This document shows positions 36,608 through 45,796 of a stretch of 64,000 bases of DNA, piece by piece (position 1 is the stretch's first letter; every line of letters begins with the position of its first letter). Below the pieces are notes generated by a model. It ran no database searches. It had not been told where the DNA came from and was given only the letters and a program-made list of their open reading frames with translations. The DNA lies in assembly GCA_046297095.1 (NCBI GenBank), contig JBKCNS010000051.1, forward strand, positions 9,958 through 73,957. Direction: 5' to 3'. This DNA comes from Candidatus Kapaibacterium sp. (GTDB lineage Bacteria; Bacteroidota; Ignavibacteria; Kapaibacteriales; NICIL-2). Both the position numbers and the translations under genes were made by a program.

Positions 36608-37480
36608 CTACTCGATGTTTTGCACTTGCTCGCGAATACGCTCCAGCTCGTCTTTCACGGCCACAACCATGCGGGCAATGGTAGCGTCGTTGGCTTTGGA
36701 ACCAATGGTATTGATCTCGCGATTCATTTCCTGCAGCATGAAGTTCATTTGACGGCCGTTGCCTTCGCCGGTTCTCATGGCATCGTTCATAAACTTCATG
36801 TGGCTGCGCAGGCGCACACATTCTTCGGAGATATCCAGCTTGTCTGCAAGCAATACAATCTCCAGCTGCAAGCGCTGCTCATCAATTTCATCAGACTCGA
36901 ACAACTGTGCTACTCGGGCACGCAAGCGCTCGCGCTCTTCGGGAATTCTCTTCATTCCCATTTCCTCTACCTTGTCCAGAGTTTCTTCGATGGTCTTCAA
37001 GCGCTCGCGCATGTCGCGGAGAATTTCTTTGCCTTCGTTTTTCTGCATGGTATCCAGCGAGGCCAACGCCGATTGAATTGCTTTGGCAGCAATCTTCCAT
37101 TGCATTTCTGTTTCTTTTTCGTCGTCGTCTTCCTGGCTCATCACATCGGGAATGCCAAGCAGATCGGCCATAGAAACCGGTGTGGAGATATTCAGCTTCG
37201 AGCGCAAACTTTCCAGTGAGCGATAATACGCTTCGGCCTTCTGCGCATTTACCACAGAGTGTGTTTTGGATTCGGACTCCACCTTCAAGAACAGCGATAC
37301 CGAACCGCGCTCCAGCGATTTCTTCACCATATCACGAAGCTCGGCTTCCTTGTGCTGTAGATGCTTCGGCATCTTGCAGGAGAGCTCTAAATAGCGTCCG
37401 TTCACGCTGCGAATTTCTACGTTGACACTTACACCGTGTTCGTTGATCTGGGCTTTGCTAAACCCGGTCATGCTTTTCAT
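36608..37480 (-). CDS. yicC: YicC/YloC family endoribonuclease
   Basis: MKSMTGF, EIRSVNGRYLE, DISEECVRL, FMLQEMNREINTIGSK and REQVQNIE; TATCTTTG box at 37572-37579 on the minus strand. Confidence 0.95.
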   Translation of the reverse strand: MKSMTGFSKAQINEHGVSVNVEIRSVNGRYLELSCKMPKHLQHKEAELRDMVKKSLERGSVSLFLKVESESKTHSVVNAQKAEAYYRSLESLRSKLNISTPVSMADLLGIPDVMSQEDDDEKETEMQWKIAAKAIQSALASLDTMQKNEGKEILRDMRERLKTIEETLDKVEEMGMKRIPEERERLRARVAQLFESDEIDEQRLQLEIVLLADKLDISEECVRLRSHMKFMNDAMRTGEGNGRQMNFMLQEMNREINTIGSKANDATIARMVVAVKDELERIREQVQNIE

Positions 37481-37701
37481 ATTCTCTTCTCTGTATGGTA
37501 GCTCTGAATGATAGCCCCGGATGATAACTCCGGATGAAAGACTATGCCGCCGCAACTGCGGCGCGCGTTTGCAAAGATACAAAGCGCATCCCTAGTGGCT
37601 TTGGCGGGCTTTGGATTTAGCCTGCGTAGCCCGCCGGGTACGCCATGCTGCGAACAGGCACGGCGTGTATATTTTGCGTCGCTTCAATAACCGGGGATTT
37701 T

Positions 37702-40700
37702 ATGACACTCAGAGTAACGCGAGTTCTTCTTGCCATAATCGTAGGTATAGCTGCCGCAGGCATAGCTTCAGCGCAGTTCATTGCGCCACTCTCCATGCCG
37801 CCGGAATCGGCCGACATGCCCTCGTGGGCGCGGTTTATGTATAGTCAACCGGTGAATATTTCAGCGCTGGACAGCGCCTACGATGCCTACATAGCTACTC
37901 ACCCGGGGGAGAAGAATAATTACACCAAGTATTACCGGCGCATGCGGCGTTTAACGGCTCCGTTTGTGAGCGCCGACGGCATGCTGCGTTCTCTTACTCC
38001 GCAGGACGTACTTCGCTCCGAAGGCGAATCGGCAACCGGTTATGCAAATGGAAATGGGAATGGAAATAGAAATGGAAGCGTAAACACGAACGCAAACGCG
38101 AATGCAAGCAACGACAAATCCGCAAACAAGATTCAATCCCCCGCAGCTACGGTGAAGTGGACGCCCATCGGCCCCATGGAAACGTATTTTACTTCGAACG
38201 GCACATCCACACCTGCGCTGTGCCCATGGCAAGTAAACATCTATGGTTTCGACATTGCTCCATCCAATCCCAACATTCTGTACGCCGTATCGGAAACGGG
38301 TGGATTTTTTAAGTCCACCAACAAGGGTGTGCAATGGACACAGCTGGAGCCGGGTGTATACTCTTCATCCGAAGCTATTGCCATTCATCCCTCCAATCCG
38401 GATGTAGTGTATGTGGGAATTTCCGGCGGCTTGATAAAAACAACCAATGGCGGTAGCACCTGGACATCGGTGTGGAAGGTGAGCAACTTGTGGATCTACG
38501 ACATTGAAGTAATGAGCAATCAGCCCTCGGTGCTCCTTGCTGCCACCAATCAAGGATTCTACCGCAGCACCGATGCAGGCGGCTCGTGGACTCGCTCCAT
38601 GGACCGTTCTTGCTGTGATCTGGAAACACATCCCCTAAACAAAAGCATTGTGTACACTCTGCGTGCAAACAGCGCGGGCACACGCACGGAGATGTGGAAA
38701 TCCACCGACGGCGGCCTGAACTTTACGCAACGCTCCGGCGGCTGGCTAACAAGTAGCGATTCTAAAGGTGCCGGCCGCATGACAGTTACACCGGCCGATC
38801 CTGAACGTGTATACGCGGTACTACTCGGCGATTCCTCGCGGCCGTATATACTTCGCAGCGATAACGCCGGCGAGTCGTGGCGCGTGAGTGCGCGTGGAAA
38901 GTCCGACAGCTTGGCAATGACCAATGGTCAGGGATATTATGATCTTGGCATCGCTGCTTCGCATCGCGATGCCAATGTTCTGCTTGTGGGTACCACCACC
39001 TGTTATCGCTCCAACGACGGCGGCAATACTTTCCCCGTCACCATAGGCGGCTACAGCGGCGTGCACGCTATCCATCCGGACATTCAAGAGATTAAATGCT
39101 TGGGCGACGATTGTTACATCGCCACCGATGGCGGTATGAATTACTCCACGGATATGTTCGGAGCGAACTATGCGGCGCGAACCATTGGGCTGAATGGCGC
39201 GGACTTCTGGGGCTTCGATGCCGGATGGAACGAAGACGTTCTAGTGGGCGGACGTTATCACAACGGCAACACCGCTTGGCATGAAAACTATGGAACGAAG
39301 TTTCTGCGCATGGGCGGTGGCGAAGCAGCCACGGGCTATGTGCATCCCATGCGAAATCGCGATGTGTATTTCTCGGACATCGGCGCATATACTATTCCCA
39401 CGGCCTCGAATCAACCCGTGCAATCACGGCCCGTGGGCATGTTCCCCAACGAGAGTTATTATGCCATGGAATACAGCGCTATGAAGTGGCACCCCGTGTA
39501 CACGAGTGAAGTGTGGATGGGCAACAAGAACAACATCATGCGCAGTGCAAACAACGGCGCATCGTACAGCAGTGTGTTTACTTCACCGGACACCGGTGCC
39601 GTGATTCAACACATAGAGATTTGCCGCTCTAACCCCGATGTGATGTATGTATCGCAGCGTTCAAACGTGCTGTACGACGGCAAGATTTGGAAGTCCACAA
39701 ATGCCGGCGCAGACTGGACCACATGCGCCGAACTGCCCGGCACCACTCGCTCCGAGCGCCGTGTGATGAAGATCGCCGCAAGCAGTAAGTCGTCCTCCAC
39801 ACTGTTCGTGGCATTATTGAACGGTTCAAAAACAAACAAGGTATTCAAGACCGCCAATGGCGGCGCAACGTGGATCAACCTGACTACAGACCTCATTGGC
39901 AATCAGGGTATCACCGACATCGTTGTGCAATACGGTACAGACGATGGCGTGTACATAGCCTGTTACAACGGAAAGGTGTACTACCGCAATGCGTCGATGA
40001 CCGAGTGGGCATTGCATGGCGAGGGTTTGCCGTACGCGCTTTTTACTCGCGCGCTCAAGCCCTTTTACCGAGACAACAAATTGCGAACGGGATCATCGAT
40101 GGGTGTGTGGGAAGCACCATTGTACGAGCATTCCAAACCCGAGGCGCAACCCTGCGTGGACAAGCGCACATCGGCATGTGTGCGAGACACTTTTTACTTT
40201 GATGATTACTCCGTGCTGGAGCTTGCCAATGCGCGCCGGCGCTGGAGTTTCCCGGGAGCAACTTTTGTGAGCGACTCCACAGCGCGGAACCCTCGGGTGT
40301 TGTACAGCACCCCCGGCGTGTATTCCGCAACACTCACCGTTACTAACGACTACGGCACAAGCACTAAGACGCTGCAGAATGTTATTAACATCACCAAAAG
40401 TGAGTGCGACGTAGAGGGCATTGCCGGCAGCGCGCTGGATTTAAGCGCAACGAACGATGCAGCCGCAATTCCCGCCCTCCCGCAGCTGCAGACGGGGCGG
40501 GGCTTCACCGCAAGCTGTTGGGTGAAGCTTGATACCATTCAAGCATCATTCTCGCAGATACTTTCTAACTGGAACAGTCCCGTAGGATTCTCGCTGGGAT
40601 TTTCCTTCCAGGGATACCGCGCCAACACCAACCTTACCTTCTATTGGAAGAACGTTCCTTATCAACTTACTTCACCGTTCAATCTGCCGGTGGATGAGTG

Positions 40701-41847
40701 GACACACGTGGCCATCAGCGTAGACAGCAGTCAGGTAACACTGTACAGAAATGGTACGCCGTGGGTGTATAAAAATGCCAACGCGAACTTCTATGCACCG
40801 AATCTCTCCACTACTGCTTGGGAGATCGGTGGCGGCTTGCCCGGGCAGGGCGGCAACTTCCGTGGAATGATAGACGAGCTGCAGATTTTTGATCGCGCGT
40901 TGGACAGCACACAGATACGCGAGCGCATGAATCTTATCAGCAATCCGCCGGGATATGTAGACACCACAAAGGCGCCGGTTCCGGTGGCCTATTATCAATT
41001 CAACGAGCCAACGTTCACGCGCTTTTACAACAGAACCGGCGCGCTGCATGCAGAGAACAGCGGCGGCAAACGAGCGCCGTCTACCTGCCCTGTGGGAGCC
41101 GGCGTGAGCAACAGTATCCTGCAAAAAGAGGGCGTGTGGTCTGCCGATGCAGGCATGACTATATCCCACTCCGGCGCTGCTGAACGCACCATTGTGGTAA
41201 CCCGTATTGATGCCGCACCTAATGTGCTGCCAGCTAATACATCGAGCGTATCGCCGCATTACTGGGTGGTGCGCAGTTATGGCACAGCTACGGCATTTGC
41301 TACAGACTCCATGCAGCTTCGCGGCACCGGCAGTATTTCTGCCGCAGATGCCGCCAATCCGGGCACGCTGCGTCTGTATGCCCGCGGCACACAGGAGTAT
41401 CGCAACACCTGGGTAGAGCGGTCAAGCGCGCGCAGTGCAGACACCGTGCGGAGCACAGTGAGCTTTGCCGGCGATACGAATTTTACCGCGCAGTTCATTT
41501 TAGGAAGTGTGGGTTCATCGCCGCTTGATGTTGAGGATGAAGATGAGGACAACGAGGGCAATGATAACGAGAGAGGCAACTACTCCGGCAGGGCGGGCAT
41601 CGAACGTATCAGTGTTCTGCCCACTCCAAGTGCGGAGCTGGTGTGTGTTCGTATCACCGAGCCGGCCACGGGGCTGCTTCAGGTGCTGGATCTAACGGGC
41701 CGCGTGTTGCTGCAAGCCACGGCCACGCAAAGCGAAACACGCATAGATACTTCGTCGCTGCCCTCGGGTTTATACATGGTAACCGTGCCTACTTCACGTG
41801 GCTTGCAAAGCGCTCCACTACTGGTCTCGCGGTCGGAACGGAGATAG
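37702..41847 (+). CDS. Large T9SS-secreted protein: VPS10/BNR propellers, PKD, LamG and CTD
   Basis: About 1381 aa. Signal peptide, many KSTxGGxxW repeats, HPDIQ, WSFPGA...YSTPGVYSATLTVTN (PKD), FTASCWVK...WTHVA...IDELQIF (LamG), CTD LPSGLYMV. Confidence 0.85.
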   Translation: MTLRVTRVLLAIIVGIAAAGIASAQFIAPLSMPPESADMPSWARFMYSQPVNISALDSAYDAYIATHPGEKNNYTKYYRRMRRLTAPFVSADGMLRSLTPQDVLRSEGESATGYANGNGNGNRNGSVNTNANANASNDKSANKIQSPAATVKWTPIGPMETYFTSNGTSTPALCPWQVNIYGFDIAPSNPNILYAVSETGGFFKSTNKGVQWTQLEPGVYSSSEAIAIHPSNPDVVYVGISGGLIKTTNGGSTWTSVWKVSNLWIYDIEVMSNQPSVLLAATNQGFYRSTDAGGSWTRSMDRSCCDLETHPLNKSIVYTLRANSAGTRTEMWKSTDGGLNFTQRSGGWLTSSDSKGAGRMTVTPADPERVYAVLLGDSSRPYILRSDNAGESWRVSARGKSDSLAMTNGQGYYDLGIAASHRDANVLLVGTTTCYRSNDGGNTFPVTIGGYSGVHAIHPDIQEIKCLGDDCYIATDGGMNYSTDMFGANYAARTIGLNGADFWGFDAGWNEDVLVGGRYHNGNTAWHENYGTKFLRMGGGEAATGYVHPMRNRDVYFSDIGAYTIPTASNQPVQSRPVGMFPNESYYAMEYSAMKWHPVYTSEVWMGNKNNIMRSANNGASYSSVFTSPDTGAVIQHIEICRSNPDVMYVSQRSNVLYDGKIWKSTNAGADWTTCAELPGTTRSERRVMKIAASSKSSSTLFVALLNGSKTNKVFKTANGGATWINLTTDLIGNQGITDIVVQYGTDDGVYIACYNGKVYYRNASMTEWALHGEGLPYALFTRALKPFYRDNKLRTGSSMGVWEAPLYEHSKPEAQPCVDKRTSACVRDTFYFDDYSVLELANARRRWSFPGATFVSDSTARNPRVLYSTPGVYSATLTVTNDYGTSTKTLQNVINITKSECDVEGIAGSALDLSATNDAAAIPALPQLQTGRGFTASCWVKLDTIQASFSQILSNWNSPVGFSLGFSFQGYRANTNLTFYWKNVPYQLTSPFNLPVDEWTHVAISVDSSQVTLYRNGTPWVYKNANANFYAPNLSTTAWEIGGGLPGQGGNFRGMIDELQIFDRALDSTQIRERMNLISNPPGYVDTTKAPVPVAYYQFNEPTFTRFYNRTGALHAENSGGKRAPSTCPVGAGVSNSILQKEGVWSADAGMTISHSGAAERTIVVTRIDAAPNVLPANTSSVSPHYWVVRSYGTATAFATDSMQLRGTGSISAADAANPGTLRLYARGTQEYRNTWVERSSARSADTVRSTVSFAGDTNFTAQFILGSVGSSPLDVEDEDEDNEGNDNERGNYSGRAGIERISVLPTPSAELVCVRITEPATGLLQVLDLTGRVLLQATATQSETRIDTSSLPSGLYMVTVPTSRGLQSAPLLVSRSERR

Positions 41848-41923
41848 ATCGGAGATAGAACGGCTACGGAACAGAGACAGAAAAGTGACGAGAGTATCAA
41901 GTGGTCGCGGCAATTGTCGCTCG

Positions 41924-42787
41924 CTACAGCAAACCGCGCTCGCTAAAGCTGGTGTATGTTTCACCGGCGATAATTACGTGATCGAGAATTTTGATGTTCA
42001 CGATCTTTCCTGCTTCGCATAGCTGATGAGTAATAGCGCGATCTTCCCGCGACGGCTCGGTATTTCCGGAGGGATGATTGTGCAAGAGAATCAGGCTTGC
42101 TGCAGTGTCGGTGATGGCCGTGCGAAACACTTCGCGCGGATGCACAAGACTGGAGTTCAGCGATCCTTCGCTCACGATGCTTTCTCTGTACACTTGATTG
42201 GCGCTGTTCAGCAGCAGCACTCTGAACGACTCGCGCATCGCACCACGCAGTAGCGGGATGTAATACGAGGCAACGTCCTCGGGTGTGCGAATCACCTGGC
42301 GGGCGGTAAAGGGGGCCACGCGGAGGCGGCGACTGCACTCCAGGGCAGCAATCAGGCGCACTGCTTTCATGCCGGCAATGCCGTGAATGGATGTAAGCTC
42401 ACTGATATCGCGAGAGAGTAGCCCGGGAAGGTCGCCGAATTTTTCAAGAAGGTTGCGCGCCACATCCAGGGCAGACCGGCCGCGCGTTCCACTGCCAACG
42501 AGTATTGCCACGATCTCGGCATCAGAGAGCGTGTGAGCGCCATGCAAGCGCAGGCGCTGACTGGGAATCTCGTCGTTACGCCAATCGCGAATAGTAGTTC
42601 CGGGTGTTCGCTCCGTTGCGCTCTTTGCTGCGCTGCGGCGCGGCCTGCGCAACGCAGCGTAGTGTACCGTTACACGAGCTTCACGTTCTGCCTGCTCTTC
42701 GGAACCTCGTTCGTTTACTTCACTCTGTGTGGAATTGGTTGCGGGCGCAAGGTCGTGAATATTCTCATCTGCATACATGCACAACAC
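41924..42787 (-). CDS. radC: RadC family JAB-domain protein
   Basis: LSDAEIVAILVGSG, HhH segment, VHPREVF and HNHPSGNTEPSRED...LDHVII. The start is uncertain. Confidence 0.93.
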   Translation of the reverse strand: MLCMYADENIHDLAPATNSTQSEVNERGSEEQAEREARVTVHYAALRRPRRSAAKSATERTPGTTIRDWRNDEIPSQRLRLHGAHTLSDAEIVAILVGSGTRGRSALDVARNLLEKFGDLPGLLSRDISELTSIHGIAGMKAVRLIAALECSRRLRVAPFTARQVIRTPEDVASYYIPLLRGAMRESFRVLLLNSANQVYRESIVSEGSLNSSLVHPREVFRTAITDTAASLILLHNHPSGNTEPSREDRAITHQLCEAGKIVNIKILDHVIIAGETYTSFSERGLL

Positions 42788-42983
42788 TCATCATGGTGAT
42801 ACAAAGCTTCCGGCTTCGCGCGCTACAAGAGCGCGTGAAAGCAATGGCGGGCAGGCGATGAGCGAGTAGCGGTGGCGGGAGAGCGATAGCCGAGTAGCGC
42901 TGCGGCAAACATCGCTGATACAGGAGTGATACAACAGAGAAAATCTTTGCATCACGTAAATCGTTTTTCGCCAAACTGGACCT

Positions 42984-43021
42984 AAAAAAAAACAGCGACG
43001 CAAATCTCTTCGCGCCGCTGT
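42984..43021 (-). terminator. Intrinsic terminator after yfiT
   Basis: Minus strand ACAGCGGCGCG...TGCGTCGCTG followed by T9. Confidence 0.75.
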
Positions 43022-43053
43022 AGGACATTTTTCTTGCGAGTTTTTACTTCGCC

Positions 43054-43581
43054 TTAGGCAGGGTTCGAAAGCGCAAGTTTGATGTGCTCTATGTGATGCT
43101 TGCCGTGCCATGCATACATAGCGAGTGTTACATGCAGAGACAACACACGTTGACTCACGGGATGCACAAAGCCGCGATTCCATTGCTCACCGGAGAGCGA
43201 TTGAAACAACACCGACCACCGCGCGTGCACGCCATCCAGAATGTTCAAAGAATCGGCGATACTCGTTGACGCATCGGGAAGAGTTGCAAATGCTCCCTCC
43301 GGCACCACCATCACCACAGGATTCTCTTCGCTAAGCGCAAGTTTACAGCGCAGAAATGCATTCATATGCATATCAGCCAAGTGATGCACGATTGTTTGAA
43401 TACTCCAGCCGTCGGGGCGGTAGCTCTGTACCAATTGCTCGGGCGAGAGCTTCGATACCAAGGCCCGCAGGCTCATTGGTGCGTGGCGAATACTCTCCAT
43501 CCATTCCGCCGCTGCGGCTTCGCTAAACTCTGTAGGGCGAGCAAATTTTCCTATAGGGTATTGTAAGTGTTCCATAGTCAA
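43054..43581 (-). CDS. yfiT: YfiT/DinB-family putative bacillithiol transferase
   Basis: LQYPIG, YRPDGWS...VHHLAD.H, KLALSE and YAWHGKHH. Confidence 0.88.
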   Translation of the reverse strand: MTMEHLQYPIGKFARPTEFSEAAAAEWMESIRHAPMSLRALVSKLSPEQLVQSYRPDGWSIQTIVHHLADMHMNAFLRCKLALSEENPVVMVVPEGAFATLPDASTSIADSLNILDGVHARWSVLFQSLSGEQWNRGFVHPVSQRVLSLHVTLAMYAWHGKHHIEHIKLALSNPA

Positions 43582-43656
43582 TAATAAAGATTACACAACG
43601 CAAGTGACATGAAGATACACAGCGCTTACTCCACCACCTTGATTATGAACCAACGT

Positions 43657-45744
43657 TTAGGGAAGTACATGTATGGTTGCTGCCGTCACTGTACCGCCAA
43701 TCTTCATGCGAAGCACATACACTCCGCCTGCCACTCGCTGCTGCGCGTTGTTGCGAAGATCCCATAGTAATGTGTGATCGGTGGATGCAGGTGTGCTCAT
43801 CGATCGAACAAGTTCGCCGCTCATGGTGTAGATATCATACTGAGCTTCAGCGGGTGCTTGCACAGCCGTGCGAATGGTCATGGCGCGCTGAGCCGGATTG
43901 GGCGAGCACATAAGCAGGGGCTGGTCTGTAGAGTGAATGTCCGACACCGCAATTGCTTTTTCGGTGGCAGGGCTGATATCATAGAACGTACCGGAAGCGG
44001 ATGACACCAAGCCCACGGTGCGTACAGCGTAGCGCACGGTAGCGTCCACCAAGCGCTCGTCGGTGTACGAGGTCTCGGGCCACACGGCATCACCATTCAA
44101 GACTTGCCATGCACCTGTTCCCTCTTGACGATAGATATAATATCCCGCTATGCCGCCGCCCGAAGGCGCAGACCATGTAAGCTTCACGCCTTTCTTTGGT
44201 GTAGCCACTTGCTCTGCTTGCAATGCGGTTACCGGCGGCACCGTGCCGTAATTCATGCGCAGCGTGGGATCGCCCATAAGAGCGATGTGCACACCATGAG
44301 GATACACGCCATCGATATACGTGCCGGTGTTGTTGATGGTATTCAAATACGAGTCGCCAACTGTTTCGCCCAGACCCATGGTGTGGAAATACCAGAACGG
44401 GCGTCCGGCCCAGCAATTGGTAAGAGCACCGGGATCTACCGCGAGCGGCGCGCGAAGCAGGTTATTGGCTTTATCCCAATCACCGAAGTAGGAACCAAAC
44501 AGCATGGTGAAAATGGTTTGGAGTTTTTGTTTGGCAAATCCTGCGGAGTTACCTACACCACCACAACTTTGAAAATCGCTTCCGCCACCACCGCAACCGT
44601 ACGACCATAGATATGATGCGGTGTCCAGGGTGGTCAGGTAGTCGGTTTCTTTGATGTTGGCTGCGCCCAACAACGGTGCATAGTTCATCCATGCAGAGCG
44701 TGCAAAGGCCTCGCCGTACGAACCGAAATTATCGTCGATCAAGCCTCGAGACACTACTTTGATTCCGCCGCTCCTATACTGCAGATTACGATTGATGTAT
44801 TTGCGCAGCAGAGAAATTTCCGATTGCAAGGAATCCACTTTCTTCACCGTGCCGGCCAGTGTGCTGTCCTTGTAGAACAACCCCATGTTGTACAAGTCTA
44901 CTCGGCCTAAGCGCAGATCGGTGGTGCTTGGTATAAACAGATTGTCGTAACGGCCGTCGCCGGGAAGGTTCTTTGTGTCCGGATATGCGCCCACGGTGTT
45001 TGTGGCTTCGTCCAGCCACAGTACTTCATCGGCCAAGCACGAGTAATAGGAATCGGCTGCCCATGCGCCGCTATGTTCAGGATGCGCATCGGGCCCCACC
45101 TGATTTCTTCCCTGATACACCATACCCGAATACGGCACAGCCACACGACCCACGATGAACACCGTACCGGGCTCGCCCTGGCAGGTCTCGTACCAATCGC
45201 GAATGATTTGCTTGGTTGCCTTCACGGCGGTGGGATTAAACTTTGGCGCACGCGCTGCACTCAGCACCGTCACCATCCACCCTTCGGAAGTCATTGCGTT
45301 TTGCAAGCGGGCAATCTCCGGCGAAAGGGCCGTGTACATCACCGAGTCTGCAAGGATCAGGCAATGCCCGCGCACGGGCGCTACAGGAACTCTCAAGCCG
45401 GCCGAGGCATAGCCATAGGCATAGATTGAATCTTTAATTACCGTTTTCTCTACCGCGTATTCATAGAACACACCCGGCTCCGCCTCGGAGTCGATCCACT
45501 CTGTAGCCGTTCCCGGCAGCGTAGTCATGGGATTGAACGACGACCACGTGCGCTCCTTGCGGCCAATCACATACTCAACGGCTTTGGAATCTGCCGGCCA
45601 GCGCAAGGTGATCGTGGGCGAGGTGCCATCTTGCACAACGGTCTCTAAAAGAACCGAAACCGATTTGGGCGACTGCGCCATCAGGGCTTGCGGAGCAGCG
45701 CTCATGGCAAGCACCATTGCGGCAACGAGTAGAATTTTATTCAT
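43657..45744 (-). CDS. T9SS-secreted protein with FN3-like domains flanking a peptidase C25 (gingipain)-like core
   Basis: 695 aa. Signal peptide, ITLRWP...EYAV, VGRVAVPYSG...ADSYY...LRLGRVD, HIALMGDPTLR, LTWSAP..GYYIYR and CTD CSPNPA...GGVYVLRM. Confidence 0.7.
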   Translation of the reverse strand: MNKILLVAAMVLAMSAAPQALMAQSPKSVSVLLETVVQDGTSPTITLRWPADSKAVEYVIGRKERTWSSFNPMTTLPGTATEWIDSEAEPGVFYEYAVEKTVIKDSIYAYGYASAGLRVPVAPVRGHCLILADSVMYTALSPEIARLQNAMTSEGWMVTVLSAARAPKFNPTAVKATKQIIRDWYETCQGEPGTVFIVGRVAVPYSGMVYQGRNQVGPDAHPEHSGAWAADSYYSCLADEVLWLDEATNTVGAYPDTKNLPGDGRYDNLFIPSTTDLRLGRVDLYNMGLFYKDSTLAGTVKKVDSLQSEISLLRKYINRNLQYRSGGIKVVSRGLIDDNFGSYGEAFARSAWMNYAPLLGAANIKETDYLTTLDTASYLWSYGCGGGGSDFQSCGGVGNSAGFAKQKLQTIFTMLFGSYFGDWDKANNLLRAPLAVDPGALTNCWAGRPFWYFHTMGLGETVGDSYLNTINNTGTYIDGVYPHGVHIALMGDPTLRMNYGTVPPVTALQAEQVATPKKGVKLTWSAPSGGGIAGYYIYRQEGTGAWQVLNGDAVWPETSYTDERLVDATVRYAVRTVGLVSSASGTFYDISPATEKAIAVSDIHSTDQPLLMCSPNPAQRAMTIRTAVQAPAEAQYDIYTMSGELVRSMSTPASTDHTLLWDLRNNAQQRVAGGVYVLRMKIGGTVTAATIHVLP

Positions 45745-45796
45745 AGCTCTATCTGAAATAAGTGGATCAAGATTTCATTTGCAACAGACCATCGCT

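Noticed and set aside
41924-42787. radC as a marker of a mobile or anti-restriction island
   Set aside because: It is the long chromosomal form with an HhH N-terminus, and there are no flanking mobile genes or repeats.
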